This document shows positions 28,839-39,240 of a DNA stretch of 64,000 nt, one piece after another. A program made the translations under genes and the position numbers. The notes under the pieces were generated by a model. The model saw nothing but the letters and a program-made list of their open reading frames with translations. It did no database searches and was not told where the DNA came from. Source of the stretch: a virus; the IMG/VR virus record IMGVR_UViG_3300040811_000687. The stretch is one strand, 5' to 3'. Every line of letters begins with the position of its first letter. Within the stretch, counting starts at the first letter, position 1.

Positions 28839-31310
28839 ATGCCAACAATAAACTTTCCATCAGGTCCGTCTCTAAACGATACATATAATTTAGGTTTACG
28901 TACATGGAAATGGAATGGGGACGCATGGGCTTTAGAACCATTAACAGGTGGATTTACAGGATCACAAGGTTATACAGGATCAGTTGGTATAGGTTATACA
29001 GGATCAGTTGGTATAGGTTACACTGGTTCATCAGGTTATACAGGATCTAATATTGTTTTATTAGACGAAACACAAACTTTAACAAATAAAACACTTACAA
29101 CACCAGATGTTAATACATCATTGAAAATGGTTAGTAGTGGACAATTACAATTCAGAGATAATCAATCGTATATTTCAGAAAATGGTGGAATTATGTTATT
29201 TAACGCCGCGGCAGGACGTGGAGTTAGAATGTTCTCTGCCGGTGCTGAAAGAGTTGCTGTATCATATGCTGGTGACTTAGAATTAAAAGCAGGTACAGAT
29301 ATAATCTTTGAAGGATCAACAGCAAACGATTTTGAAACAACACTAACGGTTACTGACCCAACAGCAGACAGAAATATAACATTACCTGACTCAAGTGGTA
29401 CAGTTGTACTAGCAGACACTACTGACACATTAACAAATAAAACACTTACTAGTCCAAACATAAACGAAGCAGTTGCGTTGACTGCTACTGCTACGGAACT
29501 TAACTATTTGGATGGTGTTACTGGTATTACATTAGGTACTGCTAACGAATTACTTGTTGTTGGTAGTGATGGTTCTAGTATTGCAAGCGATAGCACTTTA
29601 GCAGTTGATACTAGCAATAATAGATTAGGTATCAATCAATCCTCACCTGAAGTAACATTACATATGACAGGCGAAGATGCTCAAACAGCACAAATTCGTA
29701 TGGAACAGTACAATGATAGTGCTGACGCTCCAGATGTAAGAACAAGAAGATACAGAGGTACAATTGCCTCACCAAGTGCCGTATCATCAGGCGATTATCT
29801 ATTTAGAAGTAACCACGAATACTATAATGGTTCATCACTTATTGTCGGTGGTAGTTTTGCTTTTGATAACACTAACAATGCCAATAGAACACAGTTTGCT
29901 GTTTCAGTTAACACAGATGGTACATCAGCGGATCCTAATATCGCAAGTAAAACACAATTTAAGATTGATGGTAATGATAGTGGTGCTATTACATTCAACA
30001 ACGCATACAAGTTTCCAACAATTGATGGTAACGCTAATCAAGTTTTAAAAACAGATGGTTCAGGAAATTTATCTTTTACAGATGTTTCTGGTGGATCTGG
30101 TGGAACTTCTTGGCAATCAACTATCGTAACAGGAACAACTTTAACAGCAGTAGCTGGAAATGGTTATTGGATTAACACAACATCAAATGCTTGTACTGTT
30201 ACACTTCCTGCTTCAGCAAGTGTTGGAGATTCAATTCAAATAGTAGATTACGCAGGTACTTTTGCCACAAACAATATTACATTAACTTCTAGTTTAAATA
30301 TAGAAGGTGGAACAAGTGATAAATTTTTAACTACCAACAGAGAAGGCGTAACCATAACTTACGCAGATGCTACTCAAGGTTGGGTTGCAACATCTGGAGT
30401 TAATTCAGGCGACCAAGGAATAGACCCAACTAATTCAGCTATTATAGCAGACTTTTTAGTTATTGCTGGAGGTGGTGGGGGTGGCTCAAGTGGTCAAGTT
30501 GATACAGCTGGTGGTGGTGGAGGTGCTGGTGGTTACAGAAATTCTTATTCCACAGAAAGTTCTGGTGGAGGTGGTTCTTCTGAAACATCTTTAAATTTAA
30601 CTACTGGAACAACTTATACAATAACAGTTGGTGCTGGTGGTGGAGGTGGTGCAGGAGGAGCTGCTGGCTCAGTTTGGAATCAAGGTGCTACTGGTTCTAA
30701 TTCTATTATATCTGGTTCTGATATTACAACAATTACTTCATCAGGTGGTGGTGGAGGTGGAACATATTATGATGGTGGTATTGCTGGTGGTTCTGGTGGT
30801 GGTGGAGGTGCTTTTACTGCTCAAACAGGTGGAAGTGGAACATCTAATCAAGGTTTTTCTGGTCAAACTACTTCTTCTCAAGGACAAAATTCAGGTCAAA
30901 TAGCTGGTGGAGGAGGTGGAGCTTCTGAAGCTGGAGGTACAGATGGTGCTGGTCATGGAGGAGATGGATTATCTTCTTCTATAACTGGTTCGTCAGTATC
31001 TAGAGGTGCTGGTGGTGGAGGTGCTGGAAACGTATCAAGTAGTGGAGGAACTGGTGGAGGTGGTGATGGAAAAAATTCATCTGGAGCTGGTAATGGTACT
31101 GCTGGAACAACAAATACTGGTAGTGGTGGAGGTGGTGCATATACAGGCAATTCAGGTAGTCATTCAGGAGGAGCAGGAGGTTCAGGTGTCGTAATTTTAA
31201 GATTACCAACATCACAATATTCTGGCACAACAACAGGTTCTCCAACTGTTACAACAGATGGAACAGACACAATATTAATTTATAACGCAAGTGGGAGTTA
31301 CACAGCATAA
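28839..31310 (+). CDS. tail fibre protein with C-terminal glycine-rich receptor-binding domain
   Basis: Shared INFPS N-terminus, TLTNKTLT repeats, VTLPAS.SVGD module, long poly-Gly domain ending GGSGVVILR. Confidence 0.85.
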   Translation: MPTINFPSGPSLNDTYNLGLRTWKWNGDAWALEPLTGGFTGSQGYTGSVGIGYTGSVGIGYTGSSGYTGSNIVLLDETQTLTNKTLTTPDVNTSLKMVSSGQLQFRDNQSYISENGGIMLFNAAAGRGVRMFSAGAERVAVSYAGDLELKAGTDIIFEGSTANDFETTLTVTDPTADRNITLPDSSGTVVLADTTDTLTNKTLTSPNINEAVALTATATELNYLDGVTGITLGTANELLVVGSDGSSIASDSTLAVDTSNNRLGINQSSPEVTLHMTGEDAQTAQIRMEQYNDSADAPDVRTRRYRGTIASPSAVSSGDYLFRSNHEYYNGSSLIVGGSFAFDNTNNANRTQFAVSVNTDGTSADPNIASKTQFKIDGNDSGAITFNNAYKFPTIDGNANQVLKTDGSGNLSFTDVSGGSGGTSWQSTIVTGTTLTAVAGNGYWINTTSNACTVTLPASASVGDSIQIVDYAGTFATNNITLTSSLNIEGGTSDKFLTTNREGVTITYADATQGWVATSGVNSGDQGIDPTNSAIIADFLVIAGGGGGGSSGQVDTAGGGGGAGGYRNSYSTESSGGGGSSETSLNLTTGTTYTITVGAGGGGGAGGAAGSVWNQGATGSNSIISGSDITTITSSGGGGGGTYYDGGIAGGSGGGGGAFTAQTGGSGTSNQGFSGQTTSSQGQNSGQIAGGGGGASEAGGTDGAGHGGDGLSSSITGSSVSRGAGGGGAGNVSSSGGTGGGGDGKNSSGAGNGTAGTTNTGSGGGGAYTGNSGSHSGGAGGSGVVILRLPTSQYSGTTTGSPTVTTDGTDTILIYNASGSYTA

Positions 31311-31687
31311 TGGCACATTTCGCAAAATTAGGAGTTGGTAATATAATTGAAAGAGTTGAAGTAGTATCAAATGATATTGCAACAACTGAACAAGCAGGAA
31401 TAGATTTTTTAAATAATTTATATAATTCAAGAGATGTTTGGAAACAGACTTCTTATAATACTTATGGTGGAGAACATAGATTAGGTGGAACACCATTTAG
31501 AAAAAATTATGCTGGAGTTGGTTATTCTTATGACCAAACTAGAGACGCTTTCATATCACCTAAACCTTTTAATAGTTGGATATTAAATGAAACAACTTGT
31601 CTTTGGGAAGCACCAGTTGCTTATCCAGATGATGATAACGACTATACTTGGAATGAATCAACACAAACTTGGGATTTAGTTGAATAG
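31310..31687 (+). CDS. conserved fibre-associated protein (MAHFAKL family)
   Basis: MAHFAKL...WKQTSYNT...FRKNYAG...DAFISPKP...W; typically follows Gly-rich fibres. Confidence 0.7.
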   Translation: MAHFAKLGVGNIIERVEVVSNDIATTEQAGIDFLNNLYNSRDVWKQTSYNTYGGEHRLGGTPFRKNYAGVGYSYDQTRDAFISPKPFNSWILNETTCLWEAPVAYPDDDNDYTWNESTQTWDLVE

Positions 31688-31720
31688 TATAAAGGATTAA
31701 AAAAAAGGATAAATATAAAC

Positions 31721-32533
31721 ATGGCAACTCCAACAACAAGAGAAGAATTAAAAGACTACGCTTTAAGAGCATTAGGTCAACCTGTTATAGAAATTAACGT
31801 TGACAATGATCAATTAGAGGATAGATTAGATGAAGCTTTACAATATTATTCTCAATATCATATGAATGCAATAAGAAGATGTTACTTAAAATATGAGTAT
31901 ACACAAGCTGATTATGATAGAATTGTTACTAACGGAGACGTAGCAGAATCACAAACTAAAAATTCGGTAACTACAACATGGAAAGAAAATCAAAATTTTA
32001 TAGTAGTTCCTGAATCAGTTATATCTGTCACTAATTTATTTCCTTTTTCAAGTAAAGGAAGTTTGAATTTATTTGATGTAAGATATCAGATGAGACTAAA
32101 TGATCTCTATGATTTTTCTTCAACATCGGTAGTTAACTATGATCTTGTGATGAGACAGTTAGACTTTTTAGATCACATTTTAGTTGGTGAAAAACCATTA
32201 AGATTTAATCAAAACGATAATAAATTATTCATTGATATGGATTGGAAAGAAGATTTACAAGTAGGTGAATTTTTAGTAATAGATTGTTTTAGAAAATTAG
32301 ATCCAGAAACATTTACAGATGTATATAATGACCAATGGTTAAAAAGATATGTCACAACACTATTTAAAAAACAATGGGGAGCAAACCTATCTAAATTCAA
32401 TGGCGTTGCTATGGTGGGTGGTGTGACTCTTAACGGAGGTCAAATATATTCTGAATCACTACAAGAGTGTGAAAAATTAGAAACAGAAATACGTACAACG
32501 TTTGAAGAGCCTCATAACTTTCTAATAGGATAA
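31721..32533 (+). CDS. gp13: neck protein gp13
   Basis: LRALGQPVIEINVD, KKQWGANLSKF, GGVTLNG; synteny. Confidence 0.95.
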   Translation: MATPTTREELKDYALRALGQPVIEINVDNDQLEDRLDEALQYYSQYHMNAIRRCYLKYEYTQADYDRIVTNGDVAESQTKNSVTTTWKENQNFIVVPESVISVTNLFPFSSKGSLNLFDVRYQMRLNDLYDFSSTSVVNYDLVMRQLDFLDHILVGEKPLRFNQNDNKLFIDMDWKEDLQVGEFLVIDCFRKLDPETFTDVYNDQWLKRYVTTLFKKQWGANLSKFNGVAMVGGVTLNGGQIYSESLQECEKLETEIRTTFEEPHNFLIG

Positions 32534-32538
32534 AAACT

Positions 32539-33345
32539 ATGGTAATAATGAATCCATACTTTCAGCACGGAGATGGCATCGGAAATGCATCCGAAAAATA
32601 TCTATACGAAGATTTAATCATAGAAGGATTAAAAATATATGGTAATTTAATTTACTATATGCCGAGAGAAATTGTAAACAGAGATTTAGTATTAGGTGAA
32701 GACGTTAATAGTAAATTTAAAAATGCTTTTCCTATTGAAATGTATTTTGAAACTACTGAAGGATTTGCTGGTCAACAAGAATTAATCAATAAGTTTGGAT
32801 TAGAAATTAGAGAAGATACTACATTGATGGTATCTAAAAGACGTTTTCATAATAAGATAGACATTAAAACAGAATTAAATGTAAAAGGTAGACCAAACGA
32901 AGGAGATATATTATTTTTTCCTTTGATGAACAGTTTCTTTGAAATTCAATTTGTAGAAGATCAGGAACCTTTTTTTCAATTAGGTAACTTACCTGTTTAC
33001 AAATTAAGAGTTACACGTTGGGAATATTCAAACGAAGAAATAGATGTCGGAATAAATGACATTGATAAAAGAGAAAGAGAAAATTCAGTTAATCTATTAG
33101 TAGACAGAGTGCGTTTAGAAAACGAAGCTGGTAGTATGCAACTAGAACAAGATGATGAATCATCTGGTAATGCTAACTTCTTATTAAACGAAGAATATGA
33201 CGCCACAGAAACTACAGTAGAAACTCAATCAGATTATGCACAAAATTTAGATTTAGATACAGCGGCCGGTTTTGATACTGCTTCTGTAGCAGATGACGTA
33301 CTAGACTTTACAGAAAGAAATCCATTTGGGGAGGTAGACATTTAA
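32539..33345 (+). CDS. gp14: neck protein gp14
   Basis: EDLIIEGLKIYG, RPNEGD, PFFQLG, DFTERNPFGE. Confidence 0.95.
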   Translation: MVIMNPYFQHGDGIGNASEKYLYEDLIIEGLKIYGNLIYYMPREIVNRDLVLGEDVNSKFKNAFPIEMYFETTEGFAGQQELINKFGLEIREDTTLMVSKRRFHNKIDIKTELNVKGRPNEGDILFFPLMNSFFEIQFVEDQEPFFQLGNLPVYKLRVTRWEYSNEEIDVGINDIDKRERENSVNLLVDRVRLENEAGSMQLEQDDESSGNANFLLNEEYDATETTVETQSDYAQNLDLDTAAGFDTASVADDVLDFTERNPFGEVDI

Positions 33346-33524
33346 TGGAAAGAGATAGACATAGACAATTACATGAGTTTCATAATAAAACTTTAAAACA
33401 AAAAAAACAAATGGAACTATCAAAAAATTTAAAAAAAGAAGTAAATACCGGTGCAAACGGCACACAAAAATATGTAATTAAAGAAGGAATTAACAAAGGT
33501 AAGATAGCCAATAAAGGACAATAA
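33345..33524 (+). CDS. small hypothetical protein (not in ORF track)
   Basis: 59 aa MERDRHRQLHEF...NKGQ; TAATG overlaps with both gp14 and gp15. Confidence 0.65.
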   Translation: MERDRHRQLHEFHNKTLKQKKQMELSKNLKKEVNTGANGTQKYVIKEGINKGKIANKGQ

Positions 33525-34468
33525 TGTTTGGAACACCGTTTTACAATGAAGGATTAAGAAAGATTATTATTGCTTTCGGACAACTATTTAATAATATAGT
33601 TATTGAAAGTACTAATAAGGATACTGGTGCTGTACTAAAAAGAATAAAAGTTCCTTTAGCATATGCTCCTAAAGAAAAGTTTTTAGTCCGTTTAGATGAA
33701 CAAAAAGATTTAGATGATAGATCAATGGCATTAACTTTACCTAGAATAGGTTTTGAAATATCAGGATTATCATATGACCCTAGTAGAAAATTAACAAGGG
33801 TTCAAAAATATAGAACGGAAAAAACACCATTGACAAGAGATCAATCTGTTGCTAAAATGGACAGAGTATATATGGAAGATGATAGTGGTCATATTCAGTT
33901 TGAAAAAGCAAATGTTACAACAGGATATGCTGAATATCCATTATTAGAAACATCGCCAACAGATTTTGAAGATTCAAAAAAACAAAGTTTTAATTATACA
34001 CCTGTACCATATAACATAAGTTTAAATGTTTATGCTTTTACAGCAACTGCTGAAAATGGTTTACAAATTGTAGAACAAATATTACCTTTCTTTCAACCAG
34101 ATTATACAGTAACAGTAAATGTTATGCCTGATATGAATATAAAAAGAGACGTACCTATTATTCTAAACAGTGTAAACTATGAAGACAGCTATGATGGTGC
34201 ATTTACAAATAGAAGAGCAGTAATATACTCAATGAATTTCACTGCTAAAACATATCTATTTGGGCCTACAACTAATCAAGGTGTTATTAAAAAAGTACAA
34301 GCAGATTTATATGCTGATACGGAAAACTCTCCGCCAAGAGAAGAAAGAATTACAGTTGTACCAGATCCAGTATCAGCTGATGTGAATGATGATTTTGGAT
34401 TTACAACAACAATAGAAAATTTTACTGACGGTAAAAAATATAACGTGAAGACAGGAAGTGATGAATAA
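33524..34468 (+). CDS. gp15: tail terminator / sheath stabiliser gp15
   Basis: IAFGQLFNNI, KVPLAYAPKEKF, LPRIGFE, QIVEQILPFFQP. Confidence 0.95.
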   Translation: MFGTPFYNEGLRKIIIAFGQLFNNIVIESTNKDTGAVLKRIKVPLAYAPKEKFLVRLDEQKDLDDRSMALTLPRIGFEISGLSYDPSRKLTRVQKYRTEKTPLTRDQSVAKMDRVYMEDDSGHIQFEKANVTTGYAEYPLLETSPTDFEDSKKQSFNYTPVPYNISLNVYAFTATAENGLQIVEQILPFFQPDYTVTVNVMPDMNIKRDVPIILNSVNYEDSYDGAFTNRRAVIYSMNFTAKTYLFGPTTNQGVIKKVQADLYADTENSPPREERITVVPDPVSADVNDDFGFTTTIENFTDGKKYNVKTGSDE

Positions 34469-34470
34469 TT

Positions 34471-34935
34471 ATGGCCAAACTAGAAGACAAGGTAAATGAA
34501 ATTCTAGGTATTGAAAGTATACCTGAAGCTACACAACCAAAAGAATTTAAACCACCTGTGGAAAGACCAAAAGGTGATGTAGAAATAAAAACAGAAAAAG
34601 ATATCAATCAAGATTACGCTTATAGTAGAGATAGTTATTACAATCTAATAGATAAAGGTCAAGAAGCCATTGATGGAATATTAGAGATAGCAAAAGAAGG
34701 CCAACACCCTAGAGCATATGAGGTTGCAGGTCAATTGTTAGGACAAGTTGCAACTACAGTTGATAAGTTACAAGACTTACAAAAAAAATTAAAAGATTTA
34801 AAAGAAGTACCAAAGTCTGCTAGTACAAATGTAAAAAATGCTCTTTTTGTTGGATCAACTGCCGAGTTACAGAAAATGTTAAATAGGAAAGATGATGATA
34901 CAATTGAAAAAAATATTACTCCCAAAAAGGAGTAG
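34471..34935 (+). CDS. gp16: terminase small subunit gp16
   Basis: HPRAYEVAG, NALFVGSTAELQKML. Confidence 0.95.
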   Translation: MAKLEDKVNEILGIESIPEATQPKEFKPPVERPKGDVEIKTEKDINQDYAYSRDSYYNLIDKGQEAIDGILEIAKEGQHPRAYEVAGQLLGQVATTVDKLQDLQKKLKDLKEVPKSASTNVKNALFVGSTAELQKMLNRKDDDTIEKNITPKKE

Positions 34936-34938
34936 AAA

Positions 34939-36570
34939 ATGAGTGAAGCATATTTAGGGAATCCTAACCTTAAAAAGGTTAATACTCCTGTTGAATACTC
35001 ACAAGATCAAATAGTAGAATACCAGAAATGTGCTGGCAATCCAATATACTTTATGGAAAAATATATCCGTATTGTATCTCTTGATGAGGGTCTTGTGCCT
35101 TTTAAAATGTATGGATTTCAAAAAGATATTGTTCAAAAAATTCACGATAATAGATTTACTATATGTAAACTACCAAGACAATCAGGAAAATCTACAACAA
35201 CTATTTCTTATCTATTGCATTATGCATTATTTAATCCAAACTCTAACATAGCCATACTTGCAAACAAAAGTTCTACTGCTAGAGATATATTGGGTAGACT
35301 GCAACTTGCATATGAAAATTTACCAAAATGGTTACAACAAGGTGTAATAAACTGGAACAAAGGTAATATAGAATTAGAAAATAAATCTACCATTGTTGCG
35401 GCTGCCACTTCTTCAAGTGCTATTCGGGGTGGTTCATTTAATATTATCTTTCTTGATGAGTTTGCTTTCGTACCTACTAACATTGCTGAAATGTTTTTTA
35501 GTTCAGTTTATCCTACAATATCTGCTGGTACAAGAACTAAAATGATTATAGTATCTACACCTTATGGTATGAACATGTACTATAAGATTTGGATGGACGC
35601 TATCAATAAAAAAAATGATTACATTCCTATAGAGGTACATTGGAGTGAGGTGCCAGGCCGTGATGAAGATTGGAAAATACAAACAATACGTAACACAAGT
35701 GAAGAACAATTCCAACAAGAGTTTGAGTGTGAGTTTTTAGGTTCTGTAAATACTTTAATATCAGCTTCTAAAATTAAGGCAACGCCTTATATAACACCTA
35801 TAAAGTCTGCTCAAGGCGTTGACATATATGAAGATAAAAAAGAAGGACACACTTATGTGGCTGCTGTTGATGTATCACGTGGTGTAGATAAAGATTATTC
35901 TGCCTTTTTAGTATTTGATGTAACTAGTATGCCTTATAAAGTTGTAGCAAAATATAGAAGTAACGAAATTAAACCTTTTGTATTTCCTAATATAATATCT
36001 AGAGTTTGCTTAGCATATAATCAAGCACATATATTAACAGAGGTAAATGATATAGGCCAACAAGTGGCTGAAGCCTTACAATTTGAAATTGAGTACCCTA
36101 ATTTATTAATGACAACACAAAAAGGTCGTGCTGGTCAAATATTAGGTGCTATGTATAGTGGTCGTGGTTCATCTATGGGTGTTCGTATGACAAAATCTAT
36201 TAAAAAAGTAGGTTGTTCAAACTTAAAAACATTAATTGAGGGAGACAAAGTTGTTGTTAATGATTTCAATATCATACAGGAGATGTCAACATTTACTAAA
36301 AGAGGTCAAAGTTGGCAGGCCGAAGACGGTTCCAATGATGATTTAATGATGTGTTTAGTCATTTTTGGTTGGTTATCTAATCAACCTTATTTTAAGGAGT
36401 TGACAAATACCAATGCACGTTTAAAAATGTATGAGGAACAAAAGAATTTGATAGAACAGGACATGGCACCATTTGGTTTTGTAGACGATGGAGTGACTGA
36501 TCCTGAAGACGAGGAAGTAGTTGATGAGTACGGTACCAGATGGTTTCCTGTTTCTAGAAAGGGACAATAG
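34939..36570 (+). CDS. gp17: terminase large subunit gp17
   Basis: YLGNPNLK, PRQSGKS Walker A, FLDEFAF Walker B, DVSRG, DDLMM. Confidence 0.97.
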   Translation: MSEAYLGNPNLKKVNTPVEYSQDQIVEYQKCAGNPIYFMEKYIRIVSLDEGLVPFKMYGFQKDIVQKIHDNRFTICKLPRQSGKSTTTISYLLHYALFNPNSNIAILANKSSTARDILGRLQLAYENLPKWLQQGVINWNKGNIELENKSTIVAAATSSSAIRGGSFNIIFLDEFAFVPTNIAEMFFSSVYPTISAGTRTKMIIVSTPYGMNMYYKIWMDAINKKNDYIPIEVHWSEVPGRDEDWKIQTIRNTSEEQFQQEFECEFLGSVNTLISASKIKATPYITPIKSAQGVDIYEDKKEGHTYVAAVDVSRGVDKDYSAFLVFDVTSMPYKVVAKYRSNEIKPFVFPNIISRVCLAYNQAHILTEVNDIGQQVAEALQFEIEYPNLLMTTQKGRAGQILGAMYSGRGSSMGVRMTKSIKKVGCSNLKTLIEGDKVVVNDFNIIQEMSTFTKRGQSWQAEDGSNDDLMMCLVIFGWLSNQPYFKELTNTNARLKMYEEQKNLIEQDMAPFGFVDDGVTDPEDEEVVDEYGTRWFPVSRKGQ

Positions 36571-36586
36571 TCTATTTCTAGGTTAT

Positions 36587-36594
36587 TATAAATA
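36587..36594 (+). promoter_or_regulatory. T4 late promoter TATAAATA
   Basis: Exact box upstream of gp18. Confidence 0.7.
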
Positions 36595-36686
36595 TCAGTA
36601 CTGGCTTTAAATATGGATGTAAGAAAACTTACAAAGATGTGAATTATAATATATTAATAATTAGCTAATTAAGAGGAGAATAACCT

Positions 36687-38612
36687 ATGGCATTTCAAGT
36701 ATCACCAGGTGTTCTTGTACAGGAAAGAGACTTAACTAGAATCATTCCTGCTGTATCAACTTCAATAGGCGCTTTTGCTGGCGAGTTCAGAAAAGGTCCT
36801 TTAGATGAGATTACATCAATCTCTAGTGAACAAGAGTTAGTAAATGTTTTCGGCAAACCGGATAATTCAAATTTTGAATCATTCTTTTCAGCTGCAAACT
36901 TTTTACAATACTCTAACGCATTAAGAGTAGTACGAGTACAAAATACTGGTTTAGCAAACGCAGCCGTTTCAGGCTCAGCAATTGCTATCAAAAATACACA
37001 AGACTACCAGGATAATTACAATACTGGTCAGGCGTCTGTCGGAGAATGGGCAGCTAGAACAGCGGGAGCATGGGGCAACGGCCTTAAAGTTTCTGCTTGT
37101 CACAGCGCAACAGCTTTCCAAGAGGATGCAAAAACAACAATAAGTGATTCTGCTATGTCTGTTGGTCACACAACAGTAACATTAGATGACGCAACTGGTT
37201 TTGCAGTCGGCGATATCGTTGAGTTTTCAACGAGTGCTGCTGGAACAGATTATGATGGCAGAAAATATAAAATAACAGGTGTTAACACTAACGACATAAC
37301 TTTTGTTAGAGCGGATACACTACAAGGTGGTTTACATCAAGTACCAGCTGATGGTGCAAACGTAAGAAGATTTTGGGAGTTCCATGAATTTGTTTCAGGT
37401 GCTCCAGGAACATCTCCTTACGCTGCTTCAAAAAGCGGAGTAAATGATGAAATGCACGTTGTCGTTGTAGACGAAGACGGTAATATCACAGGAAAAACTG
37501 GCGAAGTAATTGAAGTTTACGATAGAGTATCAAAAGCTTCAGACGCTAAATCACCACAAGGCGATTCAAACTATGTAAGAGACGTAATTTATAATAAATC
37601 AAATTACATTTACTGGATGGATCATCACGCTTCAGGATCAAACCATGGTTCAGCAGCTGCAGGAATAACTTTCACAGCAGTTGATACACCAAAAACTGAT
37701 TCTTTAGTTAACGGTGCAGATGGTTCAGCAGCAACAGCTGGCGAAATCAAAACTGCTTACGAGTTGTTTGAAGACGCAGAAACAGTTGATGTAGGTTTAA
37801 TCATCGGTGGATCTTGTAACGCTACACATGTAGACGATCTAATAACAATTGCAGAAAAAAGAAAAGACGCTATCGCATTCGTATCTCCAGAGAGATCAGA
37901 TGTTGCTGGTATCACTTCTTCAATCACTCAAACACAAAACGTATTAGCATTTATGAACGGTATTCGTTCTTCATCTTACGTTATGTTAGATAGTGGTTAC
38001 AAATACATGTACGACAGATATAATGACGTATATAGATTTGTTCCATTAAACGGTGACATTGCAGGCCTAGCAGCTAGAACTGACTTAATCGCAGATAGCT
38101 GGTTTTCTCCAGCAGGATTAAACAGAGGTGTTATCAGAGGTGCTGTTAAGTTAGCATATAATCCAAGTAAATCTCAAAGAGACGAATTGTACAAAGCAAG
38201 AATTAACCCAGTGGTTACATTCCCAGGCCAAGGTACAGTATTGTTTGGAGATAAAACTGGTTTATCTGCTCCTAGCGCATTTGATAGAATCAACGTTAGA
38301 AGATTGTTCATTGTTTTAGAGAAGGCAATATCAACTGCTTCTAAATTCCAACTTTTTGAATTCAATGATGAATTTACAAGAGCGAATTTCAGAAACATTG
38401 TAGAACCTTTTTTAAGAGAAGTACAAGGTAGACGAGGTATCACAGACTTTTTAGTAGTATGTGATGAAACAAATAACACAGGTGAAGTAATTGATAGAAA
38501 TGAATTTATTGCTGAGATATTTATTAAACCAGCAAGAAGTATCAACTTTATTACATTACAATTCATCGCAACACGAACCGGCGTTTCTTTTGAAGAAGTC
38601 GCAGGCGGTTAA
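36687..38612 (+). CDS. gp18: tail sheath protein gp18
   Basis: SPGVLVQERD, WFSPAG, FDRINVRRLF, FEFNDEFTR. Confidence 0.97.
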   Translation: MAFQVSPGVLVQERDLTRIIPAVSTSIGAFAGEFRKGPLDEITSISSEQELVNVFGKPDNSNFESFFSAANFLQYSNALRVVRVQNTGLANAAVSGSAIAIKNTQDYQDNYNTGQASVGEWAARTAGAWGNGLKVSACHSATAFQEDAKTTISDSAMSVGHTTVTLDDATGFAVGDIVEFSTSAAGTDYDGRKYKITGVNTNDITFVRADTLQGGLHQVPADGANVRRFWEFHEFVSGAPGTSPYAASKSGVNDEMHVVVVDEDGNITGKTGEVIEVYDRVSKASDAKSPQGDSNYVRDVIYNKSNYIYWMDHHASGSNHGSAAAGITFTAVDTPKTDSLVNGADGSAATAGEIKTAYELFEDAETVDVGLIIGGSCNATHVDDLITIAEKRKDAIAFVSPERSDVAGITSSITQTQNVLAFMNGIRSSSYVMLDSGYKYMYDRYNDVYRFVPLNGDIAGLAARTDLIADSWFSPAGLNRGVIRGAVKLAYNPSKSQRDELYKARINPVVTFPGQGTVLFGDKTGLSAPSAFDRINVRRLFIVLEKAISTASKFQLFEFNDEFTRANFRNIVEPFLREVQGRRGITDFLVVCDETNNTGEVIDRNEFIAEIFIKPARSINFITLQFIATRTGVSFEEVAGG

Positions 38613-38633
38613 TTAGTAGAGGAGAAATAAAAA

Positions 38634-39161
38634 ATGGCAAACATTAATGACTTCAAAGCTAAACTTGCAGGCGGTGGCGCAAGAGCCAATCAGTTTAAGG
38701 TTACAATGCCTTTTCCTGGTTATGCACAGGTTGGTGGAGAAATAGAAGACTTAGCATTTTTATGTACAGCTACATCTATACCAGGTATGACCGTTGCTAA
38801 TATCAACGTTCCATTTAGAGGTAGAGCAATTAAAATTGCAGGTGATAGAACAATTCCGTCATGGTCAATTACGGTACTAAACGATACAAATTTCAAAATC
38901 AGAAATGCTTTTGAAAGATGGCAGAATGGTATCAATAATATGACTGATAACGAGGGGTTAACTAATCCAGTTGACTACCAAGTAGACGCTTTTGTTGATC
39001 ATCTTGACAGAAATGGTAATAACGTTAAATCGTATACTTTGAGAGGACTGTTTCCTACAGAGATCGGTGGTATTGATTTAAGTATGGGCGAAGCAACAGA
39101 AATAGAAACTTTTGGTGTGACGTTTGAATATCAATACTTTGAAACAAATACTACAACGTAA
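38634..39161 (+). CDS. gp19: tail tube protein gp19
   Basis: GGGARANQF, FRGRAIKIAGDRT. Confidence 0.95.
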   Translation: MANINDFKAKLAGGGARANQFKVTMPFPGYAQVGGEIEDLAFLCTATSIPGMTVANINVPFRGRAIKIAGDRTIPSWSITVLNDTNFKIRNAFERWQNGINNMTDNEGLTNPVDYQVDAFVDHLDRNGNNVKSYTLRGLFPTEIGGIDLSMGEATEIETFGVTFEYQYFETNTTT

Positions 39162-39170
39162 TACAAAATT

Positions 39171-39197
39171 AGGAGGCGGCCTAAAAACCGCCTTCTT
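39171..39197 (+). terminator. probable terminator after gp19
   Basis: AGGAGGCGG-loop-CCGCCTTCT hairpin; weak T tail. Confidence 0.6.
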
Positions 39198-39240
39198 AAA
39201 ACTATTATAAGTAGTAGTAGAACAAACAGGAGATAATATT

